DNA of 64,000 nucleotides. Origin: Prorocentrum cordatum (taxonomy: Eukaryota). The notes below the pieces were generated by a model. The model saw only the letters and a program-made list of their open reading frames with translations, was not told the origin of the DNA and ran no database searches. The stretch is from contig CAUYUJ010000081.1 in NCBI GenBank assembly GCA_963575745.1, positions 434,001 to 498,000 of the forward strand, in the 5' to 3' direction. Positions 26,325-37,416 of this stretch are shown piece after piece (within the stretch, counting starts at the first letter, position 1; the number at the start of each line of letters is the position of its first letter). A program made the translations under genes and the position numbers.

Positions 26325-27192
26325 TCATGTCCCCCCACGCGAGAGGACGTTGTGGCGATTGCGAATCTCCTGGCTGGCATCGAGGCGGCATCGAAGATTC
26401 ATGGTCATATTGGTGCGCGGATCGGTCCACCAGATGTCGCCGTTCTTGAGGGAGTCGAGGACCGCGCTAGCGATGTCGACTGAGGCGAATGGAATGGTAT
26501 AGCGTATCTGCATGTTCCTGGCCGCGACGACTGCTCCTTGCTTTGGTGAGCAGGGGGAACTTGGAGCACAGCATCAGCATGAGTCTGAAGCACACGTGCA
26601 AGAACTCGTCGAGGAAAGCCACATATCCAGATCTTGCACTTGTCCGCGTCATCGTTGGGGGGGGCATCGGGCTTGGAGTATCGCCCACTGCACGTCGCTG
26701 CTGGCTACCACTTCCAGAGCTCGAGATGCTCGGGCTGTAGGTCGTACTGCGCGGTGAACGAATCGAGGTGGCGGCCGTCTCGCATACGGCGAGCCTGCTC
26801 TCGAGCTTGGAGAGGATGGAGGCTTCAACGGTTGCGGTGATTCTCTCACAAGTGCCATTCTGGATGCGAGCGATGTGCGTCTCCATGACCGAGAACGCGG
26901 CACCGTGAGCGGCGACCTGGCTCTTGAGGCTGGTGATGTCCGACTTCGTGGCGACGTTCGCGAGCGTGGCGTTCATGTTGTGCAGTATTGTCATGATGTC
27001 ACTCGAGGAGCCGCCAGCCTGGGATGTGACAGGAGTCGGTGGAGCAGGCGAGGCTGGTGTGGAGTTGATGGTCGGCACAGCCTCCTCCTTCGCATCAGCA
27101 GGGTCGTCGTTGAGGTCGGAAACAGCGTCGAAGCTTTCGTCGTCAGCCATGCCGCAGGGGACCTTGGGCGGGATCGGAGTGGCGTGGGACAT
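26325..27192 (-). pseudogene. LINE ORF1-like protein (coiled-coil + RRM-like), frameshifted and 3'-truncated
   Basis: Heptad region NVATKSDITSLKSQV..LESRLAVCE, then across frameshifts KIWICGFPRRVL and WWTDPRTNMTMNLRCRLDASQEIRNR. This resembles L1-type ORF1 architecture. Confidence 0.6.
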
Positions 27193-27259
27193 GAGGGTGC
27201 TTCTGGATGGATGCCGAAACAGGTGCCCCCCTGAGGGCCAGAGAAGTCTCGAAAAAGGC

Positions 27260-27281
27260 CTTGAGCAACAATGGTTGCGGA
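27260..27281 (-). other. Genomic DinoSL relic (full length)
   Basis: Minus strand TCCGCAACCATTGTTGCTCAAG matches DCCGTAGCCATTTTGGCTCAAG at 18/22, and lies 67 nt upstream of the ATG at 27192. Confidence 0.8.
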
Positions 27282-27640
27282 AGGAGGAGGAGAAGGAGGA
27301 AGAGGAGGAGGGATGGACGGAGGGAGGGAGGGAGGGAGGGAGGCAAGGAGAGGGGGAGGAAGCGGAGGAGGAGGAGGAGGAGAGGAGGAGGAGGAGAAGG
27401 AGCAGGGGAAGCAGGAGGAAGAGGAGCAGGGGGGAGGTGAAAGGAGGAGGAGAGGACTAAGGAGGCAGGAGGGCGCAGGCCCTCTCGCTCGACGAAGGCA
27501 CGGCGCAAGGCGTTGTCGGGTGAAGGGGGGGAGAGAGCGGGGGAGGGAGGGGAGGGAGGGAGTGAGGGGAGGGGGGGAGGGGAGGGAGGGGAGGGGAGGG
27601 GAGGGGAGGGAGGGGAGGGAGGGGAGGGAGGGGGTATAGA

Positions 27641-27752
27641 CAAGCTAGGTGCGCTCGCGTCATATCTGACGTCCTACCCCTCCCTCCCATCCCTTACCAT
27701 GGCGCTGATTTTCTCTATCCGCGGACGCGTGTCGTAGCGGACCTGTGGCTCC
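27641..27752 (+). repeat. CAAGCTAGG dispersed repeat terminus
   Basis: caagctaggtgcgctcgcgtcatatctgacgtcctacccc...cgcgtgtcgtagcggacctg matches 5740-5850. Confidence 0.75.
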
Positions 27753-28663
27753 GCGCGCGCGTGCGTAGTGGGTGGTGGTGCACGTGCGTGCGTGCGTGCG
27801 TGTGTGCGTGGGGGGAGGGAGGGGGTATAGAATATGGTTCGAACCAGATTCGCCGCAGAACTGACCGTCGCGAGCTTGGAGGCGCCTCCAGAAGACGGCC
27901 CGCCCAGCAAACGGATGTCGACATCAGCGGGGCTGACACGCGGTTTACATGGCGCGAGACATTCGCGGATTGAGCTCCCTAAAATTCAGCACTGACCCCA
28001 GCATAGCATCCTCTGGCAAGTATGCATCTGCGAAATATTACGTTCTGAAGGTTCTAACCACGTGCTGCGCAACGCAGTACCGACTAGAGAAGAGAAGGCA
28101 CGCCTCCGCCTCTCCATAGCCTCAATGGGGAGAGGTAGACGGAAAGACAGGGAGAAGGAGAAGGAGAAGGAAAAGGGGAAAGAAAAGGAGAAAGAGAAAG
28201 TGAAGGAGGAAGCGGGAGGCGGGAGGAAGCGGCAGCACAGGAGGAATGCGGTTAACCCCCCACGGCCGCCCCGCCGGTCCTGCAGCGGCCTGCGGGGCCC
28301 CCAGGCGCAGCAGGCCCGGCGAAGCGGCCGGCGTCGCCGCCGGCCTGCCCCTGGCCCTGCCCCTGGCCCTGGCGACCGTGGGCGCCTCCAGGGGGAGCGG
28401 GCCCCGTTTTCCTTCCTCGGCCTCTTCATCGGCCTCCTTCTCCTCCTCCTCCTCCTCCTCCTCCTCCTCCTCCTCCTCCTCCTCCTCCTCCTCCTCCTCC
28501 TCCGTTTGCTGGAAGCGGGGGACTTCGGCAAAGTCGTCATGGTTTTTTTTTCTGCCGATACGGACAAAAGAGTCCGAGAGAGAGGAGGGGAAGGAGGAAG
28601 GCCGCACCTCTAGCGGCGCGCCGCCCCTGCAATCGCGGCCGCGGCCGCCGCCGATGCGCCGCC

Positions 28664-31600
28664 CTAGTGGCGCCTGCGCCCCTTTCCCGCGCCTTCGCGG
28701 CCGAGGCGTCCTGCATTCCCCTCCCGGGCTGCAGCAGAGGTCCCAGGCCACAGCCCGCGCTCGAGACGAGCCAGGGTTTCGCGCCCCGCCTGTGTGATCG
28801 GGCCCCCAAGCCCGCGGCAGAGGCGGGCCAATCCCGCGAGCACTCCGCCCTCCCGCGCGGCGTGGGAACCGCAGCGGGCGCAGAACCATACGGACACCTG
28901 ACTGTGCGCCCGCAGGTCATGCGTCGGGTGCGCCAATCCAAGGCCGCGCCAACGGCGTGTTTGGTTAACGGTGCGGTTGGGAAACTGCTTTATTGTGGCA
29001 CCGAACTCACACAGAACAAGATGTGGGAAATCGTGAAACACCGCTTCCTAAATTTCGAATATGCGAATGCACCGAACGAGTACGACACAGCAAGTTGTAG
29101 GAAAACACGAACCACGCGTTCCGAACATTTGCTTGGTTTTTTCTACACCGCCGTTAGCTATCACACCGTTAGCGCGCACACGGCCAGTACAACTTGCGCC
29201 TGCGCTGCAGGGAACCGCGGCTCGGCCGCGAGGCCCTGCGCGGTTGCCGAGGCCGCGGCCAGAGCAGCGGGCGGGCCCGCGCAGGCCGTGCGCAACCACT
29301 TCGCACATGCAGCTCGCGCACCGCGCACCTCCGACCAGCAGCAACGGCAGCGCATCTGCAGTGCTCCAGGCCCCCGCGCTGTTCCTCTGACCATCTGGAC
29401 GTCGTGCCGCGTCCCGCGCAGAGCCTGCTCGAAGGGAGTCGGCTACGGGGCACGCTCGGCGGGCGCATGCCGCCGCCTCGGGTCGGCGCCTCCTGCCGTC
29501 TGCTGAACAGCGGCGAGCCAGGTGCGCGCGCGGCCTGTCCGTCATCGACATCCCGAAGCCTCCCTGAGGGCACGCTTCTGGGCGGCCTGCTCTGCGAGGC
29601 GGTCCGCCTCCCGGTTGAGGCGCGCGCAGATCATGTGGACGCCCTTCTCCGCGGCCTCGTCGTCCGCGAGGTGCGACTCGACCTCGTGGACGAGGAGCTC
29701 GCACGAGCGCTCGGCGACTACCCGCCCCAGCCGCTCCCAAAGGTCGCGGCGAGCGCGGCGGCGGCAAGCGCAGCGCTTGCCCAGCCCACGCTGCACGCGC
29801 GCCGAATCCAGGACATAGCGCAGCTCCCGCCGTGGAGCATCGCAGTCTTCGACGTACTCGACCATCGCCCGCAGCTCCGCGCGGTTGACCGCCTGTGGCT
29901 CGCTGCCTGGGACGCTGCCTCCGCGGCCCCGCATGGGCGCCTCTGGCCCAGCGACCCCGGGCCCCGGGCATTCGTGGACGCCCTCCGCGAGCACGACACG
30001 AGACCATCCCGCGCGTCGCAGCCGCCGGTCGCTGGAACGCCCCCCGCCCGAGCCGTCGCCGCCGCCCCGCCACGGCCGGCCGTCGCCGGCAATATAGGTC
30101 GGGCCCTCGACCCCATTGCCATGCTTCGGAGCCCCCATTGGTCGGCGGCGTCGCAGTCCAAGCAGCGGGAACGAGGCCGCGCAGCTAGAAGCATGACACC
30201 CCGCAGCATCTCGCAGCGCAGCTTCCTCAAGGTCAGCTGTCGCCGCACAGGCCTCGATGCCTTCCTTGCCGTCGTATTCCCTAAAATATGCCCGTCGGTG
30301 TCTGGATGCATCGCCGGTTGCAGCGGCGGCAACGGAGCTCTTTGGGATCGCCCTCAATCCAGGTGTCACCAAGGCGTGAGCGGGCCCAGTGCACCCCCGT
30401 TGCAATTGCCATCCGCGGCCCTCGCCACGGCGCAGCCTTTGCCCGGCGCGAGGCGGCGCAGCTCCCGGCGCAAGAGGTAGAGGTCGCAGCCGCCTCCGAG
30501 GCCTTCCCAGCGACGTGCGCGGAAGGCCGCGCCAAGCAGCGCCCCAGACCGACTGCCCCAGCGCCTCCAGAAACTCCGTCGGGCCCCGCGGCTCGCCCCC
30601 TGCAGCGCTTGCCGCACCGCAGCGCCGCCCCCCCGCGGCTCGTCCACGCGGCGGGGTCCGACTCGGAGCGCGCCCAGCCCAAGTCCAGCAGCGTTGCGAC
30701 TGCTGCCGAGATGGGCCCATCCACCGCCCTCCACTTTCTGTCTGGGCGCGCGCTCGACACGCGGCGCGCGACTTGTTGCCGGACTCGTCGCGGGCGGGAA
30801 AAAGTGTCAACGCGGCCCCTCGACTCCTCCAACAGGTCGCACCACTCGGCGAACAGCCCCCGCACTGCCAGGAAGGTTGGGCCCCGCGCCCCATGCCCCA
30901 GCGCCGGGAAGGCGCGGCGGCACCGGCCGCGCCGTGCGCCGCCGATGGACGCCGCTGCTGCGGGCCCCACGCGCGCTCTCGCAATCGGCGCCAATCCCGC
31001 GGCGGGGGCGCCGCATGAGGCCCGCGGCACGGGGGGCATCTGCGTCAGCAGCCGGGCCGCGCGGCCGAGGCGCGCGCGGCCAGCGCGAAATCCCTCATCC
31101 GCCCCCGGGCGCGCTGCACGCGCTTGCGGTGGCCAATGCGGCTTCCACGACGACAGCGGCACCCCTCGAGGCCGAGGTCCAGCCCGACGCTTTTGAGCCG
31201 CAGCTGCGCGCCGCGCCGGGCTCATCCTCCGGAAGGGCGGCCAGCTCCGCGCTGCCCAGCCAAGCTGCGCGCCTCTTCTCAGCCGCAGCAAGCCGCCTCG
31301 ACCGCTTGCCCCGGGGAGTCGCAGCCTTTGGCGGCCGCGGCGGGCGCGCCGATCGCCGGGGCGCGGGAAACACGCATGGGCATCTCCCATCAGGAAGCCG
31401 GCAGGGGATCGGAACCCACCTGCCCCGCGCGCCCGGAGGCCGCTGGGGCGGTGGATGCCAGGGCCGCCCACTACAGCACAGCCCAGCAAACCACCCTGAC
31501 GCTCTGCGTGCGCAACGTCAGGCAGCGCGAACACGCCGCCGATTGCCTCGAGCCACCCAAACTCGCCAGCTCCTCGGGCGACACGTTGAGATCCCCGAGC

Positions 31601-31850
31601 ACAACCCAGTCCACCCCGAGGCCACGCACGAAGGCTCCTGCGGCGGCCAACTTGGTCAGATTGGCGCCGCGAACGCCGGTGGACGGCCCCCAGGGCCCTG
31701 GGGTCCAGCTAGCATTGGCACGTCTGCCGACCTGCAGCCCCGCCGCCTGCTCCTCCTTGGCCGCGAAGTGCAAGAAGGCCTCAGTCTGCAAATGGCGCCG
31801 CGCACCGATCGCGACACCCCCAGATTGTCATCGCGAGGGGGAGGCACTCC
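28664..31850 (-). pseudogene. LINE ORF2 remnant: APE endonuclease fragment, post-RT region, RNase H, C-terminal Cys/His fingers; RT core absent
   Basis: WVVLGDLNVSPEEL (APE GDxN motif); DGSGG..SSDRRLRRAGW, QAVNRAEL, DLWERL, VESH and NREADRLA (RNase H); HPTH..WFCARCG..LARLC. Confidence 0.8.
28949..29172. mobile_element. 224-bp MITE with 4-bp CGCG TSD inside LINE ORF2
   Basis: Imperfect TIRs ccaacggcgtgtttggttaacgg and ccgttagctatcacaccgttag; CGCG at 28945-28948 and 29173-29176; AT-richer than flanks; removal restores the ORF2 frame. Confidence 0.8.
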
Positions 31851-32529
31851 TCGCCACCCGCGCACATCAAAGTCGCAAAACATATGGGCGACCTCTCCGA
31901 GCGGGGCCCGGGCCCCCAAGAGCGGCGCGACACCCGCCTGAAACGGCGGCCAGTCCAGCGCCGCACGCGCCGAGGGGCCCCAGCAGGATGCGCCGTTGCG
32001 CACGTATGTCTGGCGCGCGGCGGGCGCGGGACGAGGGGCGCCGGGCGGCCAGCCGCCCGCGGCCAGCGCGCGCAGCTGGCGCGAGGCTGCGGCCGCGGGG
32101 CCCTCGGGCGCCCAGCTGTCCTGGTCGCTGTCCGACTCCGCGAGCTCGCGGTGACTGCCGCCAATCGCGCCAGCGCCGCCGCCGGCGCGCGGCGCCGAGA
32201 CCGGCCCCCTCCTGCGCGAAGGCCCAATAAGACGACCAGCGCGCTGACCCCCCCCCCTCGCGACGAGAGGTGCGTCGCGCATTCGTCGCCCTCGCAGGGG
32301 TGCCATTTGGTGAGTGCGTCGCCAGCGCGGCGGGCGCCCATGGGTCGGATCGCACGCGCGTCGCCCGCTCCACGGCCGCTGAAAAGGCCTGTCGCCTTCG
32401 GGAAAAAGAATGTCGCCCACGCCACGGCCCTCTTGGCGAGAAGAAGGCGGCGGCTGGGCTACCTCGGCAGATCAGCAAATCCCTCAAACATTACAAATGC
32501 CGCGACGCTGCTGAACGCACCCCGGAGCT

Positions 32530-34440
32530 AGGCCAGCAGGCCCCCGCAGCCGCCGCCGCAGCCGCTGCGACCGTCGCCAGCGTCAAAACTACCACCGCCA
32601 TGATCACCACAGACGGACGCGACCGCAACCACATCCACCACGACGATTACAACCAACACCACTTACCGCCATTACCACCACCACGACCACCACGCTTCTC
32701 GCGACCACCACAACGACCGACACCAGCGCGATCACCGACGTGACCACCACCAGCCCGCCCACCACCAGCGGCGCGACCACCGCCAGCGCGACCCAGGCGA
32801 CGAACGCGACCACGACCATGATCACCAACATGAACATAACAGAAGCACCCGCCCACTCCGTCCCCCCCCCCTCTCCCCCCCAGCCCCCTGCCGGGCCGCC
32901 CGCGCCGCCGCGCCCGCCCCGCGCCCCTGCCCCCCCGCCCCCCCCCCTCCTTTTCCCCTCGCAATCTCCCTCTTCCACCGCCAGCGGCGGTGCCATTCGC
33001 GGAAGGCGGGGGCGCCGCTCGCGGCGACGCGCCGCGGCGGCGGAAGGGGGGCCGCAGGAGAGGAAGAAAATAAAGGACACGGGGCGGCAAAGGGAAAAAT
33101 GCGAGAGAGGAGGGAGGAGAGACAGACAGAGGGAGGCCGGGGGGAAGGAGGAGGAGAAAGGGGAGGAGAGAGGGAGACGAGGCAGGAGGGAGGACGAAGG
33201 GGGAGGAATGACGAAAGAGGAGGGACGACGAGGAAGGAAAATGGAAGGAACAGGGGCAAGCACCGCCCTTCCTGGCGCAATGGAAGACGCAGCCGCCGCC
33301 ACTCGTGAACAGCGCAAGCACGGCGGGCCGACGGCCGCTGCGCATTGCTGTTCGGGGAAATGCTTGGGGCGGGCAAAGTCGCGACTGCGTCGCGCATGCG
33401 TCGCGCGTGCGTCGCGCGTGCGTCGCGCGTGCGTCGCGCGTGCGTCGCGCGTGCGTCGCGCTTGCTTCGCGCGCGTGGCGCGTGCGCCGCGCGTGCGTCG
33501 CGCGGGTCCTTCGCGCGTCGTGCGCTGGCAGGGGCGCGTCGCGCGCGGGTCGGGGTGCGTCGCGCGCGCGTCGCGCGCGCGCGTCGCGCGTGCGTCGCGC
33601 GCGCGTCTCGCTCGAGCGTCGCTCGGGTCGTTCGCGCGTCGCGCGCAGGTCGCGCGCGAATCGCTCGTTGGGCGCCGCGGACTTCTGACGGCATGTGAAC
33701 TACACGGCCTGCCGGCGAAACAATCGAGGACGCGCGCGACAATCGTAGAAATAGCGAGACACGCACGTGACAACTACGAACGCGAGGAGACCAATAGACG
33801 ACGTGGAGACGCAGCGCGTACGGACTAATCCATTTCAAGCGCACGCCCCGTCAGAATTTGAACATCGTTTCGTCGCTGCAGCAATTTGGCGACGCCTCGC
33901 CCGCCGATGCGCCGGGGGGAAAAGGAGGAGGGAAGTGAGGCGAGGGAAGGGCGGGCGGACAATGGAACGGACGGGCGAGGAGGGGGCGCGCGGGGGCGGC
34001 GCAGCGGCGGCGGGAGCGATGGAAGGCAATCGAACGGGGGCGGCGGGGGCGAGGAGGGCGAGAAGGAAGTCCCAGGAGGGCGGGAGGACAACGGGGGGTG
34101 AGTAGGGAGGGGGACAGGACGGCAGCCTGACGCAAAAGAACTGATTACACATTTCGCAAACGGGACAAAACGCGCAGCGCGTTGGACGAGGGGAAAAGGA
34201 AGGAAGAGGGGGGGGTCAGAAGGATTGGCGCGAAACGACATGGGGGTGCGGGGCGCGATGCGACGGGGCGAAGTGGCGCCGCGTCGCGCGACGCGACGTC
34301 ACCCCCACCGTGGCGCGACACGCACAGCCCCCAATCAACGCGAGGCGTCTTCGTCCTCAGCAACGGTTGGCGCCCCCGAAAATGCGCACCAGCATATCCT
34401 CTTGCGCCGAATTGGAAACAGAACGCGTTGGTGGACCGTC
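32530..34440. repeat. Low-complexity secondary insertion between LINE ORF1 and ORF2, including a (GCGTCGCGCGT)n tract at about 33385-33660; boundaries approximate
   Basis: ACC-, GGA- and GCGTCGC-rich simple sequence unlike the LINE coding flanks. Confidence 0.5.
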
Positions 34441-34649
34441 GAACTAGAGTGCGCCGCGACCGCCAAAGTGGCCGCTGGTGCACCGGCGTCGGAAACCTAT
34501 CGCCAGAGAAAGTCCGAAGTCGCGCCACATGTCGCCCACGCACTCTGGGAGGTCGGGGTTCGGGACAGAGACGCAAACCAGGGCAGGCGCACAGGCGGGC
34601 CTTAACACCCTCCTGCTTCCTGCCCCCTGGGCCTGGGCAAGCCCAGGAT

Positions 34650-36024
34650 GGCACCCTTTATTCCTCGGAGCCCTTGGCAGCTGCCGCGCGGCAGCCCTCG
34701 GCTGGGGCGCTCGAAGCCTCGCGACCGCCAGCGCGCCGCACCTTGGCCGCGACGTCCTGCGCGGCGGCCGCGGCGGCCACCTCCGACGTTGCTCCTGCCA
34801 GCAGGCTTGCCAGCAGCCAGGGGGCGCTCCTCGGCCGCGTCGGCCATTTCCTGCCGTGGGCTGTCGGAGACGCGGGGCCAGGGCCCTGACGCTAAGCCTC
34901 TGCGCGCGGCTCGCCTTCGGCCGGCGCCTGAGACGGGCCCCCAAATGCCCGACGGGCTGCGGGGGGCCCGACCACTGACCGGCGAGGTCTGCGCCATCGT
35001 CAGACAGGTCGTCGTCTTCCACGGGGCGGCTCTCCGCCCGCCGCTCGCGCTGCGATTGCGGAGGCGGCTCCTGCATTTGGGCTCGGACCGCCCCCGTCTG
35101 CTTCACCATTTCGGCCCGCGCAAATTGGATGTTGCTCGCCTGCCACGGCCTCCAGGCTGCCGAACTGCAGGAGTAGGCCGGGGACTGGACTCTGCTTCAA
35201 GCGCTGCCACCTTGAGGCGCTCCTCAGCCTCGGCGGCCTCCCGCGCCTCAGCCTCGAGCTCGCGACGCTCCTCAGCCTCGTCGCGCCCGTCCTAGAGCCT
35301 GCAGTACTCCTCTTGCGCCTGATGGAGCCGCTCCTCGGACTCCTGGAGCGCCTGCTCCTTGTCCTCGAGCGCCTTGCGCGCTGCTGTGAGCTACCACCAG
35401 GCCATGCCCACTGCCGAGGCCTCGCGGCGCAGCGGCGCGGCCCGCGGAAGGCTGGGGGTCTTCGCGGCGGCAGCGGCCGCTCGCGCCCCCTCGAGCCCCT
35501 CTCGAATGCGCCTCAGCTGGCCCTCGACCTCCGCCGCGAAGGAGTCGGTGACCCCGAGGGGAGGGTGGTCTCGGAGGGCCTGCTGCACGCCCTGCGCCGC
35601 CTCGGCGACCAGGTCGCTCTCCTCGGAAGCGCGCCGTTTACCCTTGCCGGCGTCTGGGGCCGCACCAGGGGGAGCCGACTTGGCGCCGCCGTCGTTCCCT
35701 GCGCGGCCCCCCCCGCCTGGCTGGCCGCCGTGCGCAGAGGCCTGCTTGGCGGCCCGCGCCGCGGCTCCGCGCGCGCGCCGCCGCGTTGCGCGGCCCCGGG
35801 GCTGATCGACCCAGCCCTCGCTGTCCGCCTGCACCTGGGACGGGGGGCGGTTGCGCGCCATCCTGGCCCTTCGGCGGGGGCGGGAGCTCCGCGTGCGCCC
35901 AGGGCGGCTGCTTGCACGAGCAACCCATGCACTGGCCGCGCCACGCCCAGGTCCAAAGGCGGCACTGCTGGGCTGGGCACGTCCAGTGGGTGCACCGTCG
36001 TACCCGAGAGCTGTGGCGCGCCAT
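34650..36024 (-). pseudogene. LINE ORF1 remnant: N-terminal RanBP2-like Zn finger and coiled coil
   Basis: ATG at 36024 gives MARHSSRVRRCTHWTCPAQQCRLWTWAWRGQCMGC; downstream E/A/R-rich heptads with stops and frameshifts. 3' end approximate. Confidence 0.65.
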
Positions 36025-36059
36025 GTCCGGACCAGACCAGCGTGCGAGGGGCGGCGCCA

Positions 36060-36081
36060 CTTGAGCCAAAATGGAGATGGA
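36060..36081 (-). other. Genomic DinoSL relic (full length) at the LINE 5' end
   Basis: Minus strand TCCATCTCCATTTTGGCTCAAG is 19/22 identical to DinoSL, the last 15 nt are perfect, and it abuts the TSD exactly. Confidence 0.92.
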
Positions 36082-36849
36082 CAAAGTCGTCATGGTACAG
36101 CTGCAGGACATGACGGTGTCGGCGCTCGTGAAGGTCCTAACTCGTGTCCTTCATCGCGGGCTTCTGGAAGGCGGTTGCATCGGTTCCGACCAGCTGGGCG
36201 CTGGACGATTACGTCTTCGCGGGCATTTGCAAAGCGATCGCATCGGTGCCGAGCTGCGACGTGCTGCTCGTGGGCCTTGGGAAGGCGATGGCATCGGTGC
36301 CAACCAAGGTTTTCGCGTCCAGCGCCGTCCTGCAAGGTCATCGGGAGGAATACGGTGCTCTGCTTCTCGGAGCTCCGAGATTTTGATCGGCCCCAGCGAG
36401 GCCTTCGAGGGAGGCTGGACTGGAAGCGCCATCCCCTCCCTCCTGCTCGGCTTGGCCATCCAAGCCCAAATCGTGGGGAGTGGGGGCGTGGTTGTCTCTG
36501 GTGGCGTGGCGCCCCAGGCCTAGCCTCCCTCTCGCGGGACGCGAGGGACAAGCTCCACAATCCATTCCCAGTTCCTCCTCCAGCTCCTCGATCTCCCATC
36601 CCTCCTCGTCACACCTCCTCCTCCCCCTCCTCCGTTTGTCCCTCCTCCTCCTCCTCCTCCTCCTTCTCCTCTTTCTCCTCCTCCTCCTCCTCCTCCTCCT
36701 CCTCCTCCTCCTCCTCCTCCTCCTCCTCCTCCTCTTGCTGCTGCTGCTGTTGATCATCTTCCTTCCCTGGCAAAAGCCAGGTCCGGCTCTGTTGCATGAT
36801 GATCTGGAAAAGGCGCGCGATGCGCGGACACACACAAAAAGACATACAC

Positions 36850-37003
36850 ACACGTGTATAGATGTATATACACACATACATACATACGTACAGATGTGCA
36901 TGCATGCATGCATGCATGCATGCATACTTACCTACTTACCTACCTACCTACCTACCTACCTACCTACATGCATGCATACATACCTATCTACATTTATACC
37001 CAA

Positions 37004-37034
<31 letters not shown>

Positions 37035-37410
37035 CATACATACATACATACATACATGCATGCATGCATGCATGCATGCATGCATGCATGCATATATGCA
37101 TACATACATGCATACATACATGATACATACATACATGCATAAATACATGCATACATACATACATACATACATACATATACATACATACATACATACATAC
37201 ATACATACATACATACATACATGCATGCATGCATACATATATACATACATACATACATACATACATACATACATACGTACATGCATACATGCATGCATGC
37301 GTGCATGCATGCATGCATGAATGCATACATGCATACACGCATACATGCATACATGCATACATGCATACATGCATACATGCATACATGCATGCAGATACAA
37401 CTACATGTAT
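36850..37410. repeat. (TACA)n/(TGCA)n microsatellite
   Basis: Read directly. Confidence 0.95.
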
Positions 37411-37416
37411 AGGTAC

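Larger units (their letters stand above)
28543..36081 (-). mobile_element. End-to-end LINE insertion: DinoSL 5' end, ORF1, deleted ORF2 (APE, RNase H, Zn fingers), poly(A), 14-bp TSD
   Basis: TSD CAAAGTCGTCATGG at 28529-28542 and 36082-36095; T9 at 28543-28551; DinoSL at 36060-36081; APE and RNase H motifs inside. Confidence 0.9.

Noticed and set aside
26296..26342. Direct repeat gagtcatgtccccccacgcga as a TSD
   Set aside because: The copies are only a few bases apart. This is a local tandem duplication at the ORF1 truncation point, not an insertion footprint.
36850..37410. HTYI/MYVC repeat ORFs (also 50076-50700)
   Set aside because: Translations of (TACA)n microsatellites.
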